From NCBI RefSeq assembly GCF_006345805.1, contig NC_043017.1:5394001-5458000 (forward strand): 64,000 nucleotides of DNA, read 5' to 3'. The position numbers and the translations under genes are program-made. Below the pieces are notes generated by a model. It saw only the letters and a program-made list of their open reading frames with translations, did no database searches and had not been told where the DNA came from. This document shows, in pieces, positions 10,645 through 23,069 of the stretch; within the stretch, counting starts at the first letter, position 1, and every line of letters begins with the position of its first letter. Origin of the DNA: Octopus sinensis. Lineage: Eukaryota.

Positions 10645-11422
10645 GTGGTAAGAAGCTGGCTTCCCAACCACATGGTTCCAGGTTCAGTCCCACTGCCTGG
10701 CACCTTGGGCAAGTGCATTCTACTATAACCTCGGGCCGACCAAAAGCCTTGTGAGTGGATTTGGTAGACGGAAACTGAAAAGAAAACCGTCGTGTATGTG
10801 TGTGTGTGTATGTATATATATGTATATATATACAAGGTTTTCGAAACTTGTCTTTGTCTGTACTCATATATATATATATTATATATATATATATATTATA
10901 TATATATATATTCCCCGCCCCACTTACCCACAACAATAACAATAATAACGATAACCAATTACTCCCTTTATTTATCTACTTGTGAAGTCATTCACTCGTG
11001 AATTTCATCTCACACAAAATGGACAAAATTTCTTCTTAAGGAAAAATACATATTCAAACAAGTAAAATTTATCATGAATAGCGATAGCGAAACCGGTCGA
11101 TATATTAAAAATTATATTAAAACTGTGTAAGTGTGCGTATTTTCCTTTTTAAAACTCACTACGTGGGGATAATCGAAATTCCTCTTTATTGTTACTACTA
11201 TATATATATATATATATATTTGTGTGTATGTTTGTCCCCGCCACCATCGCTTGACACTGATGTTGGTGTGTTTACGTCCTCGTAACTTAGCGGTTCGGCG
11301 GAAGAGACCTAGAGAATAAGTACTAGGCTTACATAGAAAAAAAGTCCTGGGGTCGATTTGCTCGACCTAAAGGCGATGCTCCAGCATGACCACAATCACA
11401 TGACTGAAACAAGTAAAAGAGT
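10645..11422 (+). mobile_element. SINE family B halves (10645-10800 and 11220-11422) separated by about 400 bp
   Basis: 5' half ends in a microsatellite; 3' half begins from a microsatellite in the same orientation. Confidence 0.7.
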
Positions 11423-11748
11423 ATATACACATACATATATATATATATTTACATACATATGCATATATTGGGAGAGAGAGAGAAAGAGATACACACGTAC
11501 CCGTATATACACACGTACACGTATATATACGCAATTTTACCAAAAAATGCTCCAATTCGTTTCGCTTATCTGCATATTTCTTCCTCCATTAAAGCAGTCT
11601 GTGTGTGTGTCTGTTTCCCTAACTACCTGTCTCTCAGTCAACGCATCTATCTATCTTTCTGTCTATCTGTGTCTGCTTAACTATCCACCTGTCTCTGCCA
11701 ATGTATGTGTGTATGTACCTATCTATCTGTATGTATGCGCATACTCAA

Positions 11749-11801
<53 letters not shown>

Positions 11802-12022
11802 ATATATAAGAGATGCACACACAGACATACACGTATGCACACACACACACACACACACAATGTTGCCACAAGAATCCCCAATTAGTTTCCCTTATCTCTG
11901 TAATTCTTCCTCCATGAAAGTAAACTTCTCGCCCCCCCCCCACCTCCTACCACGACAGAAACATTAAACATCCCTCCCACCACTACCACAAACCTTTACT
12001 TTGTCGTTCATGTTTTTTTTTG

Positions 12023-12053
<31 letters not shown>

Positions 12054-12533
12054 CCACCACCAACATCAGCACTATTCGCCTCCACCAACACCAACACCGC
12101 CTTTTTCGTTCTCTTTATCTCTCCTCCTCCTCCTCCTCCTCTTTCTTTCTTCCTCAAATTTGAAACTAATTAAGACTAAAAACAAAAAGGGAAAGAAACA
12201 AGGAAAAGAAAAAAGGGAAGAAGGAAGGAAAGGAAACTGAAATGGCGATGAAAGTGATGTGGTGGTCATCATGATGAGCGGTACTGTCATCCTGATGACG
12301 ATGATGATACAAGGGTGATGGTGATGGTGGTGGTGATAGAGAAAATGATGATGAAGAATATGGCGATGTGGAGGAGAGATGATAACGACCTTCATCGGAG
12401 TGATGCTGGTGTATGTGTGTGTGTGTGTGTGTGTATATATCTGTATGTTTGCATTTAGCGGTCTATATGTTTGTGTGTGTGTGTGTGTGTATTTTAGCGT
12501 GCTAGTGAGCACTTGTGTCTGCACGCGCATATG

Positions 12534-12539
<6 letters not shown>

Positions 12540-12597
<58 letters not shown>

Positions 12598-12607
12598 TAT
12601 ATATGTA

Positions 12608-12639
<32 letters not shown>

Positions 12640-12820
12640 CATCTATATGTATGTATACTTGTATTATAAATATGTGTGTGTGTATGTGTATATTTGTGTG
12701 CGTGTGTGTGTATGTATGTGTATGTGTGTGTGTGTATGTGTGTGTGTATGTGTGTGTGTATGTGTGTGTATGTATGTGTTTGTATGTATGTGTGTGTGTG
12801 TATGTGTGTGTGTGTGTAGA
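12540..12820. repeat. Compound (TA)n/(TG)n/(TATG)n microsatellite
   Basis: Direct reading; source of YI/CV/HT ORF artefacts. Confidence 0.95.
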
Positions 12821-13289
12821 TGAAATCGATGAGGTATTTCATGTGTGACTGAGCAGTTTTGAGTTTCTCTGGAATGTGGACAAACGACGTCGAAAGTTTA
12901 GAAAGAAAGAAAAAAAAACAATAAAAATTAAAAGATACAATTATTATAGGATGGGAAAAACAAAAACAACAAAAAAATTATAATTAAAACAACGACGACG
13001 ATGATGATGATGATGATGGTTGTTGTGTATGATTGTTTTAAAGTTGTTTTACAGTTTTTTTGAAAATTTTATATAGGTGTTTAGGGTGGTGGTAAGAGGT
13101 AGGTGTGAACATAATGGGATTGTGAAGGGTGCATGGGCGGGGGCGAGGGCGACAAGGGGATTTGAAACTGTATTTTTATAATAATAATAATAATAATAAT
13201 AAATTTTAATATCGCGGTAAAGTTACTTGAGAAGAAAGATTAGAGAAACATCTCATGGGGGAGGGGATACGTACGAATAAGAGGCGGGG

Positions 13290-13610
13290 GGGTTGATGAT
13301 GGTGATGGTGTTGGTGGCGGTGGTGGTGGTGATGGCATCGGTGATGCTACTGCTGCTGATGATGACGATGGTGGTGGTAATGATAAAATGACGACGATGA
13401 CAACGACGATGATGATGATGATGATGATGACGATGACGATGACGACGATGACGATGATAAATGATCAATGATGATAATGATGACGATGATGATAAATGAT
13501 GATAATGATGATAAATGATGATGATGATGACGATGATGATGACAGCGACGATGATGACGATGACGGTGATGACGATGGTGATGATGATAGTGATGATGAT
13601 GATGATGACT
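13290..13610. repeat. (GAT/GAC/GGT)n trinucleotide low-complexity tract
   Basis: Direct reading. Confidence 0.9.
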
Positions 13611-14064
13611 ACATAGGAAGTTAATGCTGGGTTTTCTATCCAATGTGCATACATATAGGCGGAGGTGGAGGCGTGGAGACAAGGAGGAGTCTTGAAAGAA
13701 TAGCGGGTGGATGGTCGGGTGGGTGGTTGAGAACGGACAGGTTGTAGGGCGGGGGTAGGAAGTTTGAAGGGAGCATTGGTAATACGGTTCACTTGCAACA
13801 ACAACAACAGCAGCATCAGAAGCAGCAGTAACAATAAGTGAGTAAGTGGGGGGGGTGTCCCCTACATGTGCGGCTGTCAGCATGCTAAAGATAGTAACCG
13901 AATCTCCCGCTAATCCTATTCTATCGTCTAATAGAAAAGGAAGGATCCATAAGAAGATATAATTCTAGACTCTCGGAAAAGCGGGATGGTCACGCCAGGA
14001 AATATTTTAATTATAGGTTTGCTGGATTGAGGCTAAGCTGGGACCAGACCAAAACAATTGCAAG

Positions 14065-14815
14065 GAACTATTGTTGCCTTGGTCTTCCAAAGTCTCCTTA
14101 GCTCTTTGGCTAGTTCCAGATATTTCTCAATATTTTCCAATTTCTTAGGTATCGCCTCTATTATCGAAGAGAAGTGCAAAAATCTATGATCTTACTCTGT
14201 TTATTTTGTTCTCTTTGATCATATCCGGTCTTCTTCCTTCAGTTGTAAGGTCAATCTTTATGGAGAAATCCCACAAGATCTTGTAATTCTCATGTCCTAT
14301 CTCAGCCTCTGGTTCGTGTTCAGGCCAATTTTCTGTCGTTTCGAAGCCATACACTCGGCTACCATCCCAATGCACTCTTTTGCCTACACAGTCATGCCTG
14401 TGTTTATACTCCTTTTGCGCTAGTATACTGCACTCGCTCAAGAAGTGTTCGATACCTTCGTCTCCTTTTCCTGCAGATTTTACATTTGACTGAGTTTTGA
14501 TCTTTGTCTTTATCAAGTTTGATCTAAGGGTTTGTTCTTGAGTAGATATAATAAGCGTTTCTATTTCTCGTTTCAGGTTCCCATTCGTCAACCAGGGCCA
14601 GCGGTCTTTACTTCCGACATTCTCGGTTTGTTGCATGAGTTGGTTATGTAGTTCCATTTCTATCCACCTGTTCCTCCTTTTCTCTTTGAGTTCTCCTAAT
14701 GTTTCGGTCACTTTTTGGGTGTCTCTTGCTGCCAATAGTATTCTTGCTTTACTTTGCAAAAGAATCATCTTTCAGACTCAGTACCTTCTGTTTTTAGGGA
14801 TTCTCTGTCACCTTC
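14065..14815 (-). pseudogene. R4/Dong-like LINE fragment (post-RT region, zinc knuckle, RLE start)
   Basis: ORF 14184-14768: WLTNGNLKREIETLIISTQEQTL..EHFLSEC..EYKHRHD..VHW..ILWDF..RRPD, continuing to KYLELAKELRRLWK. Confidence 0.85.
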
Positions 14816-14847
14816 GCTTCTTGGTAGTTAGAGTCGGTCGGTATTGC

Positions 14848-14885
14848 TTCGTAAGCCTAGTACTTATTCTATCGGTTGTGTGTGT

Positions 14886-14921
<36 letters not shown>

Positions 14922-15078
14922 CGACTAGAAGTTTTCAGTTTCCATCTACCAAATCCACTCACATGGGTTTGGTCGGCCCGACGCTATAGTAGAAGACACT
15001 TGCCACGCGGTGAGACTGAACCTGGAACCGTGTGGTTCGTAAGCAAGCTACTTACCACACAGCCACTCCTACGCCTAT
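14848..15078 (-). mobile_element. SINE family B, internally deleted
   Basis: Head and CORE-like block 14925-15078, short 3' piece 14848-14880, with (TA)n between. Confidence 0.8.
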
Positions 15079-15329
15079 GTGTACAGCCCATATATTTACG
15101 GTTTTAATGATGTTCCCTCCATTTAATTATCATTATTAAAACAAAAATTCTTATAAGGCGGCTAACTGGCAGAATGTGCTGTGGTTTGTTGTGATGCTCT
15201 TGTAGTTTACTGTATTGAAATTGTTTTACGTAGGATGTGTGCCGTACCTAGTAGTGCATTTTCTGTATGCTATATATATTTGTTAGTCCTGATATTTCTA
15301 TATATCTATCTGATTATTATTATTATTAT

Positions 15330-15860
15330 CATTGAATGAGAGAGCAGTGCATGCCATCAAAGTGACACTGGGGTAAAAGCCCAGTATAGCCATCATGACT
15401 ACCCGTCTGATAAGTGTACACCAGGCACATGCATCACAACCATATGTGCGCGACATGGTGATCTCATATCAAGATAAACAGCGCATGACCTTGCAGGTGG
15501 GGCCCAGTTAGAATTTTCTTCTGGTCGAGTAACCCATCCCGCTCAAAAGGTCCCTGAATAAGGGTTGCTTAAAGATGTTGAACGAAACACCCATGTTCCC
15601 AGAGGTGAATTATTCAAACCCCACAAAATTTCTCTCAACACATGGCTATGATGCTCCCCAACTACTTCTACTCGTGATCAGAGATGTACATATCGTCAGC
15701 CACTAAGGGACATACTCAACTGGTTACGGTCAAACAACTGACAAGCAAATCTGTGGTATTGAGCAGAATATTTGCTGTAGCCCAGGACAAAACAATGTAC
15801 ATGATAACACTTCCAATCAGTTAAGATCAGAAACCATGAGAGCCAATGCCTGGTACTGCA
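15330..15860. mobile_element. About 530-bp non-coding element bounded by (TAA)n on both sides
   Basis: Complex sequence with (ATT)n at 15313-15329 and 15861-15885; no ORF of 60 aa or more; mobility is inferred. Confidence 0.45.
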
Positions 15861-16970
15861 TATTATTATTATTATTATATTATTTTAAACAATCTGATTC
15901 GGCCCCATGCAACTTAAAGTTTAATAGGCTTGTCACATGAGCCTATCACACGGGGCTCAGGTATCTAATTTGCATGGAACCAAATCAAACTATTTCAAAT
16001 GATAAATAATGTAATGTAACTCTTACTAAATGATGCATGCCTTTTTCTTTCCTTTGTCCTCTACCTACGTGTACATATCTACCAGTGAGTATTCGTGTGT
16101 ATGTGCCTTTGCGTTTGTGTTTCAGAACAAAAAAAAAAAAAGGAAGAAAATGGACTGGTGAGAAGGTGTTTGGCACGAAGAATAACGGCAGCATTGAATC
16201 CCTGATGAAACCATTCTCGTGAAAGTTTCGTCAACCTAATAAAAACACGTTTGTTTAAAGTCAATGTCACACTCTGCTAAATCTCGCCTCTGTACATATT
16301 GACTTCATAAATGATATATTAACCAAAATATTTTAATAAAATATTTGTCAAAGACCCAATTGCAGACTTCTTTCTTCTGTTCCAGCCGCGAGACACAATG
16401 CAATTTATTGACTACCAAACACCGAACAGTCACCCATCCACGCTAATATTTCGTTATTAGTCTTGAATAATTAAATAGATATTTTTTAAATATTTAAATT
16501 ACAAACATTTAAAAAAAACAAAGAGTTTCGTAATCTGTCGCAACCGCAGTTGCGTTTTCGTTTATAATTTATGCGGTTTGCAATTAAATTTTTACTGAAA
16601 AATTTTAATTAACTACACTTGTCCGGCAAAGAGAAATTCCAGGTTGGGATTTGTTTGTTTGTTTGTTTATTTAGCTATTTGTTTTGTTTTGTTTGTTTAA
16701 ACAGAAATATTGTACAATATACTTTAAAAATTTGAGAATTATTCCAATTTAAAAAGAAAACCCTCAATTAAAAATCCATTAAAAAAAAATGACGTGTGTG
16801 TATATAATACGTATATACATATAAATGCATACATATACATACATACATATATATATATATACATACATATATACATACATATACATACATGCATACATAC
16901 ATACATACATACATATACATATACATACATGCATACATATACATACTAACACACATACATATATATATAT

Positions 16971-17012
<42 letters not shown>

Positions 17013-17057
17013 TACAAACACACACACATACACACACATGAAAGAATACTTACATTC

Positions 17058-17400
17058 TTTTATTCTTTTTCGTTTCAGTCATGTGACTGTGGCCATGATG
17101 GAGAACCGCCTTGAGGAGTTTTAGTGGAACAATTCAAACCCCTAAATTACGGGGACGTAAGCACACCAATACCGGTTCTCAAGCGATGATAAGGGGAAAA
17201 CACAGACAAAAATACACACACATAAATATATATATATTTATGACCGTCTTCTGTCAGTTTCCGTCTACCAAATCCACTGACAAGGCTTTGGTCGTCCCGG
17301 GGGCTATAGAAGACACTTGCCCAAGGTGCCACGCAGTGGGACTGAACCCGAAACTAGGTGGCTGGGAAGCAAGCTACTTACCACACAACAACTCCTGCGT
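17058..17400 (-). mobile_element. SINE family B, degenerate full length
   Basis: All family B blocks present in reverse complement. Confidence 0.85.
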
Positions 17401-17655
17401 CATAAATAACATCCATGCACCCATATACATTGTATGTGTGTGTATATCATATATATATATACACACACACACATGCACTCACATTATTCATGCAGAAGGC
17501 CTTGCACAGCAGATTTGTTCATAAAAATGTAATAAAAAAATCAGTATGTTTACACACACACACTTATATACCTACACAGATGTATATATAGATATGTACA
17601 CACACACACATTATATATACATATATATATATATACATACATACATACATACATA

Positions 17656-17690
<35 letters not shown>

Positions 17691-18293
17691 GTCAGTGGAT
17701 TTGGTAGACAGACAGACACGCGGACGGATGGACGGGCGGGCGGGTGGACGGGTGGACGGACGAACGGACAGACAGACAGACAGATCGCTGATGACTTGCT
17801 AAGTGGCGGGTTGTTGTAATGATTGGAGCGCCGTCACCACCACCACCACCACCACCACCGCCGCCGCCAACAACAACAGTCAATGACGGTAGAGACGTGA
17901 TTGGGGGTGAGGGGTGAGCGGAAGGGTGGGGTGGGTGGGGTAGACACGCGATCGTCCGGACGGGCGGGAGTGCACGTGATCCCGGAACCCCGGGTCATCA
18001 CGGACAGGCGGATAGATTTAAGGAGAGGAGGGGCTCCCGGGGTAAGATGGGATATTAGGAAAAAAAAAGGGTGGGAGGTGGAGTTGTTTAAGGAAGTGGG
18101 AGTAGGCTAGAAAAACGATGGAAGGAGGGGAGGAGCTATATCCGGTGGTGGTGGTGGTGAGAGGAGATAGTAAAAAATTCTGTAAATGTAAAGAATGTGA
18201 GGAAGTAGGAGGGTGTTATAAGATTAGTGGGAGGAGCGATAGAGAGAAAAGGAAAAGTGACAGAGAGGGAGGAGAACGAAGAGAAGAAAGATA

Positions 18294-18335
<42 letters not shown>

Positions 18336-18486
18336 TGTGTTTGGTGTGTGTGTGTGTGCTTGAGTGTGTGTTTGTGTGTTGCGTGTGTATGCGTGAATGA
18401 AAGAGATAGAATGGGAGAGAAAGAGAGAGTGGGCGGAGCATTGGTGAGAGAGAAAGAGAACGAAAGTGATTAAAGAAAGATATGAG

Positions 18487-18535
<49 letters not shown>

Positions 18536-19138
18536 TGTATATATACGTATGTGTGTATAACTACGAGTGTGAGTGGGAGTGGGGTTTGGTGTGTGAAAGT
18601 GACAGAAAGGGAGTCTGAGAGGAAGGGAGTGTGTGCAAGCGTGAATATAAAACAGAGAGAGGGGGAGGTAGGTTTTTCGAGAGAGAGAGTGAGAGAGAGA
18701 AAGAAGGAGATAGAGAGATAGAGAGGGGGAGGGAGGGAGAAAAAGAGGTTAGTATAGTTAATGACGTCATCATATTTACATAATAAACAAGAGACAAGCT
18801 GTCGTTAGATTAATGATGATAGGGAGGAGAGCGGAGGTGGGGGTGTGGAGGACGGATAATGGACTGTAGCTGGGCCCCGGGAGATGTCGGGGCGTGGGTT
18901 CTTTATTACTGGACCCTATTTGCAGGGGATAAGAACGGGGGGGGGGGGAACAAAACATATTGGGAATAATGTTGCATTATGTCAAGTAACAACAATACAG
19001 AGAGTGAAGGCGGAGGAGGGGGTGGTTGTTGTTGAAATCGTGGTGGTGGTGGTGTGTGTGTGTGTAATTTGGTGGTCATTCCAGGGAAAAGCTTTTTTTC
19101 TTTAAAGATGTGTTGGACTTATAATTCTGTCTGTCTGT

Positions 19139-19199
<61 letters not shown>

Positions 19200-19212
19200 A
19201 TATGTATACATT

Positions 19213-19418
19213 TGTGAGTGTGTATGTGTTCCCTCCTCCCCGCCACCATCGCTTGACGACCGATGTTGGTGTGTTTACGTCCCGCGTAACTTACCGGTTC
19301 GGCAAAAGGACTGATAAAATAAGTGCTAGGCTTACAAAGAATAAGTCCTGGCGGCTGGCTATCTGTTCGACTAAAAGTGGTGCTCCAGTATGGCCGCAAT
19401 CAAATGACTGAAACAAGA
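19213..19418 (+). mobile_element. SINE family B 3' half
   Basis: CCACCATCGCTTGAC..GGTGTGTTTACGTCC..GACTGAAACAAG after a (TG)n(TA)n tract. Confidence 0.8.
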
Positions 19419-19595
19419 ACACACACACACACATATAGAGTGAAAGAGTCAAACAGAGGTAGATAGATTGATCGATAGATCGATAAATAGATCGATAGAT
19501 AGATAGACAGATAGATAGATATATATGTGTATGTATCTATCTCTGTCTGTCTGTCTGTCTGACTCTCTCCCATCTCTTCCCCGTCTCTCTCTTTT

Positions 19596-19900
19596 TGCTT
19601 CAGTCATAAGAGTGCGGCCATACTGGAACACAGCTTAGTTGAACGAATCGAGTCCAAACCTGGCACTTATTCTATCAGTTCCTCATTGCCGAACAGCTAA
19701 GTTACGAACCAACAACGAGCCAACACCGGTTGTCAAGCGGTCGTGTGGAAGAAACGCACAACAGATCCATACACACGAACATGCACAATTACATTTGGTC
19801 TGCCCAGGGTTATAGTAGAAGACACTTGCCCAAGGTGATATGCTGTTGGAATTGAACCCGGAACTACGTGCTTGGGAAGCAAATTTCCTACCACGCAACC
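19596..19900 (-). mobile_element. SINE family B, degenerate
   Basis: TTCAGTCATAAGAGTGCGGCCA tail and TAGTAGAAGACACTTGCCCAAGGT core in reverse orientation. Confidence 0.7.
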
Positions 19901-19936
19901 ACATCATACACACAGATTTATTTAAAACGAAAGAAT

Positions 19937-20130
19937 GCGGCGAGCTGGCAGAAACGTTAGCACGCCGGGCGAAATGCTTAGCAGTATTTCGATTGCCGTT
20001 ACGTTCTGAGTTCAAATTCCGCCGAGGCCGACTTTGCCTTTCATCCTTTCGGGGTCGATAAATTTAGTACCAGTTACGCACTGGGGTCGATGTAATCGAC
20101 TTAATTCGTTTGTCTGTCCTTGTTTGTCCC
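19937..20130 (+). mobile_element. SINE family A (tail truncated)
   Basis: GCGGCGAGCTGGCAGAAACGTTAG head, GAGTTCAAATTCC B-box. Confidence 0.9.
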
Positions 20131-20160
20131 CAGCATGCCCGTAGTCTAATGACTGAAATA

Positions 20161-20582
20161 GTAGCAGACGAAATACCTATTTCTTTATTACCCACAAGGG
20201 GCTAAACACAGAGGAGACAAACAAGGACAGACAAACGGATTAAGTCGATTATATCGACCCCAGTGCGTAACCGGTACTTATTTAATCGACCCCGAAAGGA
20301 TGAAAGGCAAAGTCGACCTCGGCGGAATTTGAACTCAGAACGTAGCGGCAGACGAAATACCTATTTCTTTACTGCCCACAAGGGGTTAAACACAGAGAGG
20401 ACAAACAAGGGCAGACAAACGGATTAAGTCGATTATATCGACCCCAGTGCGTAACCGGTACTTATTTAATCGACCCCGAAAGGATGAAAGGCAAAGTCGA
20501 CCTCGGCAGAATTTGAACTCAGAACGTAACGGCAGACGAAATACCGCTAAGCATTTCGCCCGGCGTCCTAACGTTTCTGCCA
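20161..20582 (-). mobile_element. SINE family A multimer (2 full bodies plus start of a third)
   Basis: About 185-bp units joined at GCAGACGAAATACC|TATTTCTTTA (near 20176 and 20360). Confidence 0.9.
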
Positions 20583-20757
20583 TCTTCTCGTTACTTAAGC
20601 AATCATCATTATTTCAACTAATTCTGCTGAATTCCTGAAGTAAAATCCAATGGAAATATCCCGACTGTGGATGACAACAGGTAGCCCAAACTGTGCCACT
20701 GCCCTGTTCAACACTTCAACACATTAATCCCCAAATATTAAATATACACACGTTTCT

Positions 20758-21003
20758 GGTGGCACGTAAAAAGTACCATTCGAACGTGGTCCTTGCCAGT
20801 GCCGCCTAACTGGGCTCCCGTGCCGATGGCACGTAAAGAGCACCCACTACACTCTCGGAGTGGTTGGCGTTAGGAAGGGCATCCAGCTGTAGAAACATTG
20901 CCAGATCAGACTGGAGCCTGGTGCAGCCTCCTGGCTTCCCAGACCTCAGTCAAACCGTCCAACCATGCCAACATGGAAAGCGGACGTTAAACGACGACGA
21001 CGA
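20758..21003 (+). mobile_element. RTE-associated short retroposon
   Basis: GGCGTTAGGAAGGGCATCCAGCTGTAGAAAC block and 3' end CCATGCCAACATGGAAAGCGGACGTTAAA(CGA)n; TGGCACGTAAA repeated twice; RTE link recalled from similar elements, not verified by search. Confidence 0.6.
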
Positions 21004-22359
21004 GGCTACTAGGAGAAGACATTTGCCTAAGGTGCTACGCAGTGGGACTGAACCCGAATCCATGTCGTTGGGAAGCAAACTTCTTACCACACAGCCCACG
21101 TGCACCTATGTGTATATGTGTGTGTGTGTGCATATATATGTGTGTGTATGTATAATATATATATATACACACACACATATATCTTTGTACGTGTGTGTGT
21201 ACGTACGTGTGTGTGTGTGTGTGTGTGTACGTGTGTATGCGTCGTCATTGTCATCGCGGGTTTATAATAAACCATAACAACGTGAAAATTAAAATCTCTC
21301 TCTCTCCACACACACACACACACGCACGCACGCACACACACACACAACACACTCACACACACACACACACACACACACGGGTGTGGGGAAAGAACATGAA
21401 AGCCGAACAGCAACAACAACGACAATATTTAAACAAAACCAAGGAGGTGGGCTATTAATTGATGGCAAAGCTGCTGTTCCATCCAGTTATTGCCACCCTG
21501 CCCTACCCCAGTCACCAAACGTCCCCACCCCCCTCACAATATTCGCAATTCAATTTACTACCCAAGTGTGTGTTTTGTTTTTTTTAAATATATTTTATCT
21601 TTTTTTTTGTTTTATATTTCTTTCAAACATTCGATAACCAACCTATTTCTCTCTCCGCATCCCACCCACACCCGCAACTCACCCCCACCACCTTCCCACC
21701 CAACCAGTCATTTATGCTCTCCCACCCACTCTACCCATCTCCACCACCATCCGCTCCATTACCACCACCACCACCATCAATTCTGGTCAAACAACACTGT
21801 CGTACAAGGACACCCCCCACACAACCAGCTTCCATTTATTCCTCTATTCACCCACCACAACTCTCCACCACCATCTTATAATGCACCGCACCGCCACCAC
21901 GCCACCGCACCGCTGCCATCCCGGTTTACGCCGACCTCAACCCTTTCACTCCACCACCACCACTACCTCTCCATCACTTAAATCCACTTCCCGTTACTTC
22001 CCTTTAAACGCTTCTCCGTGTCATTCCCTATATTCCATCCTGGGGCCACTCTTACCATGGCACTCCGGTCTACACTATTTCCACGCCACTTCGCACCATT
22101 CTGCACTCCCCCAGGCAACTTCACACTTCTCCATACACTCCACGATGCTCTATGCCATTCTATGTTGTTCTATACCACTCCATGACGTTCTATGGCACCC
22201 TGCATAGGGTTCTATGTCACATCACGCCACTCCGCATCATTCTATGGCACTTTACAGCAGCGGGCCCCAGCCGTTTTTTGCTCCTCGGATCGGTGTCATA
22301 TCAGGCAATTTTTCCGCGAACCGGAGCAATCACCTACGTAACAAAACAGAATACAGTGC

Positions 22360-22761
22360 ATTGCTTACGAACCACATGGTTCCGGGTTCAGTCCCACTGC
22401 GTGACACCTTGGGCCAAGTCTCATCTACTATAGCCTCGGGCCGACCAAGGCCTTGTGAGTGGATTTGGTAGACGGAAACTGAAAGATGTCCGTCGTATAT
22501 ATGTGTATATATATATATTTATATGTATGTGTGTGTGTGTATGTGTGTGTGTGTGTGTATATGTTTGTCTCCCCACCATCGCTTGACAACCGATGCTGGT
22601 GTGTTTACGTCCCTGTAAATTGGCCGTTCGGCAAAAGAGACCGATAGAATAAGTACTAGGTTTACAAAGAATAAGTCCTGCGGTCGATTTGCTCGACTAA
22701 AGGTGGTGCTCCAGCATGGCCACAGTCACATGACTGAAACAAGTAAAAGAGTAAAAGAGTA
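22360..22761 (+). mobile_element. SINE family B, full length
   Basis: All blocks plus internal (TA)/(TG) tract and TAAAAGAGTAAAAGAGTA tail. Confidence 0.9.
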
Positions 22762-22864
22762 CAGTACGGAACCTTTTCTCCGGCTTCCTAAAATTCGGAA
22801 TTTCCAGAAATCCGGATATACTGAGCAATGCCGTGAAATATTCTGGAGTTAAATCGAATAATCG

Positions 22865-22985
22865 AACATTAAAAATAACAAGAGGACTTGCACGTGGAAT
22901 GTATTAGTTTGACGCTCGGTAAAAAGAGATTTTGATGTTTCGGGCATAGCTCTTTGTCGGAAAGGAAAACAGAAAAGTCCATTGA
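22865..22985 (-). mobile_element. Degenerate copy of the Penelope-like terminus at 991-1195
   Basis: GAGGAC..CGTGGAA..GACGCTC..GTTTCG.GC..AGCTCTTTGTCGGAAA. Confidence 0.5.
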
Positions 22986-23069
22986 AATAAAAATATCACC
23001 AACAGCACCTGTGTAGTTACGTGTACCTTGGTTTATTGGCGTACAGTGTTTTAAAAATATAGAAAATAG

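Noticed and set aside
10400-10942. Recurrent peptides such as STKSTHKA..CPRCHAVGLN and MRNWYLFNRPRKDERQS
   Set aside because: Incidental translations of SINE families A and B.
13253-13883. 178-193-aa His/Ile/Ser-rich ORFs
   Set aside because: Trinucleotide low-complexity tract with frame slips; no splice or domain support.
16126-16157. Possible first coding exon (TTTCAG|...ATGGACTG|GTGAGA)
   Set aside because: Mostly poly-A with no compatible downstream exon found; such splice-like signals are common by chance.
20161-20582. Regularly spaced direct repeats suggestive of a CRISPR array
   Set aside because: Units are ~185-bp SINE bodies without unique spacers; the DNA is eukaryotic and there are no cas genes.
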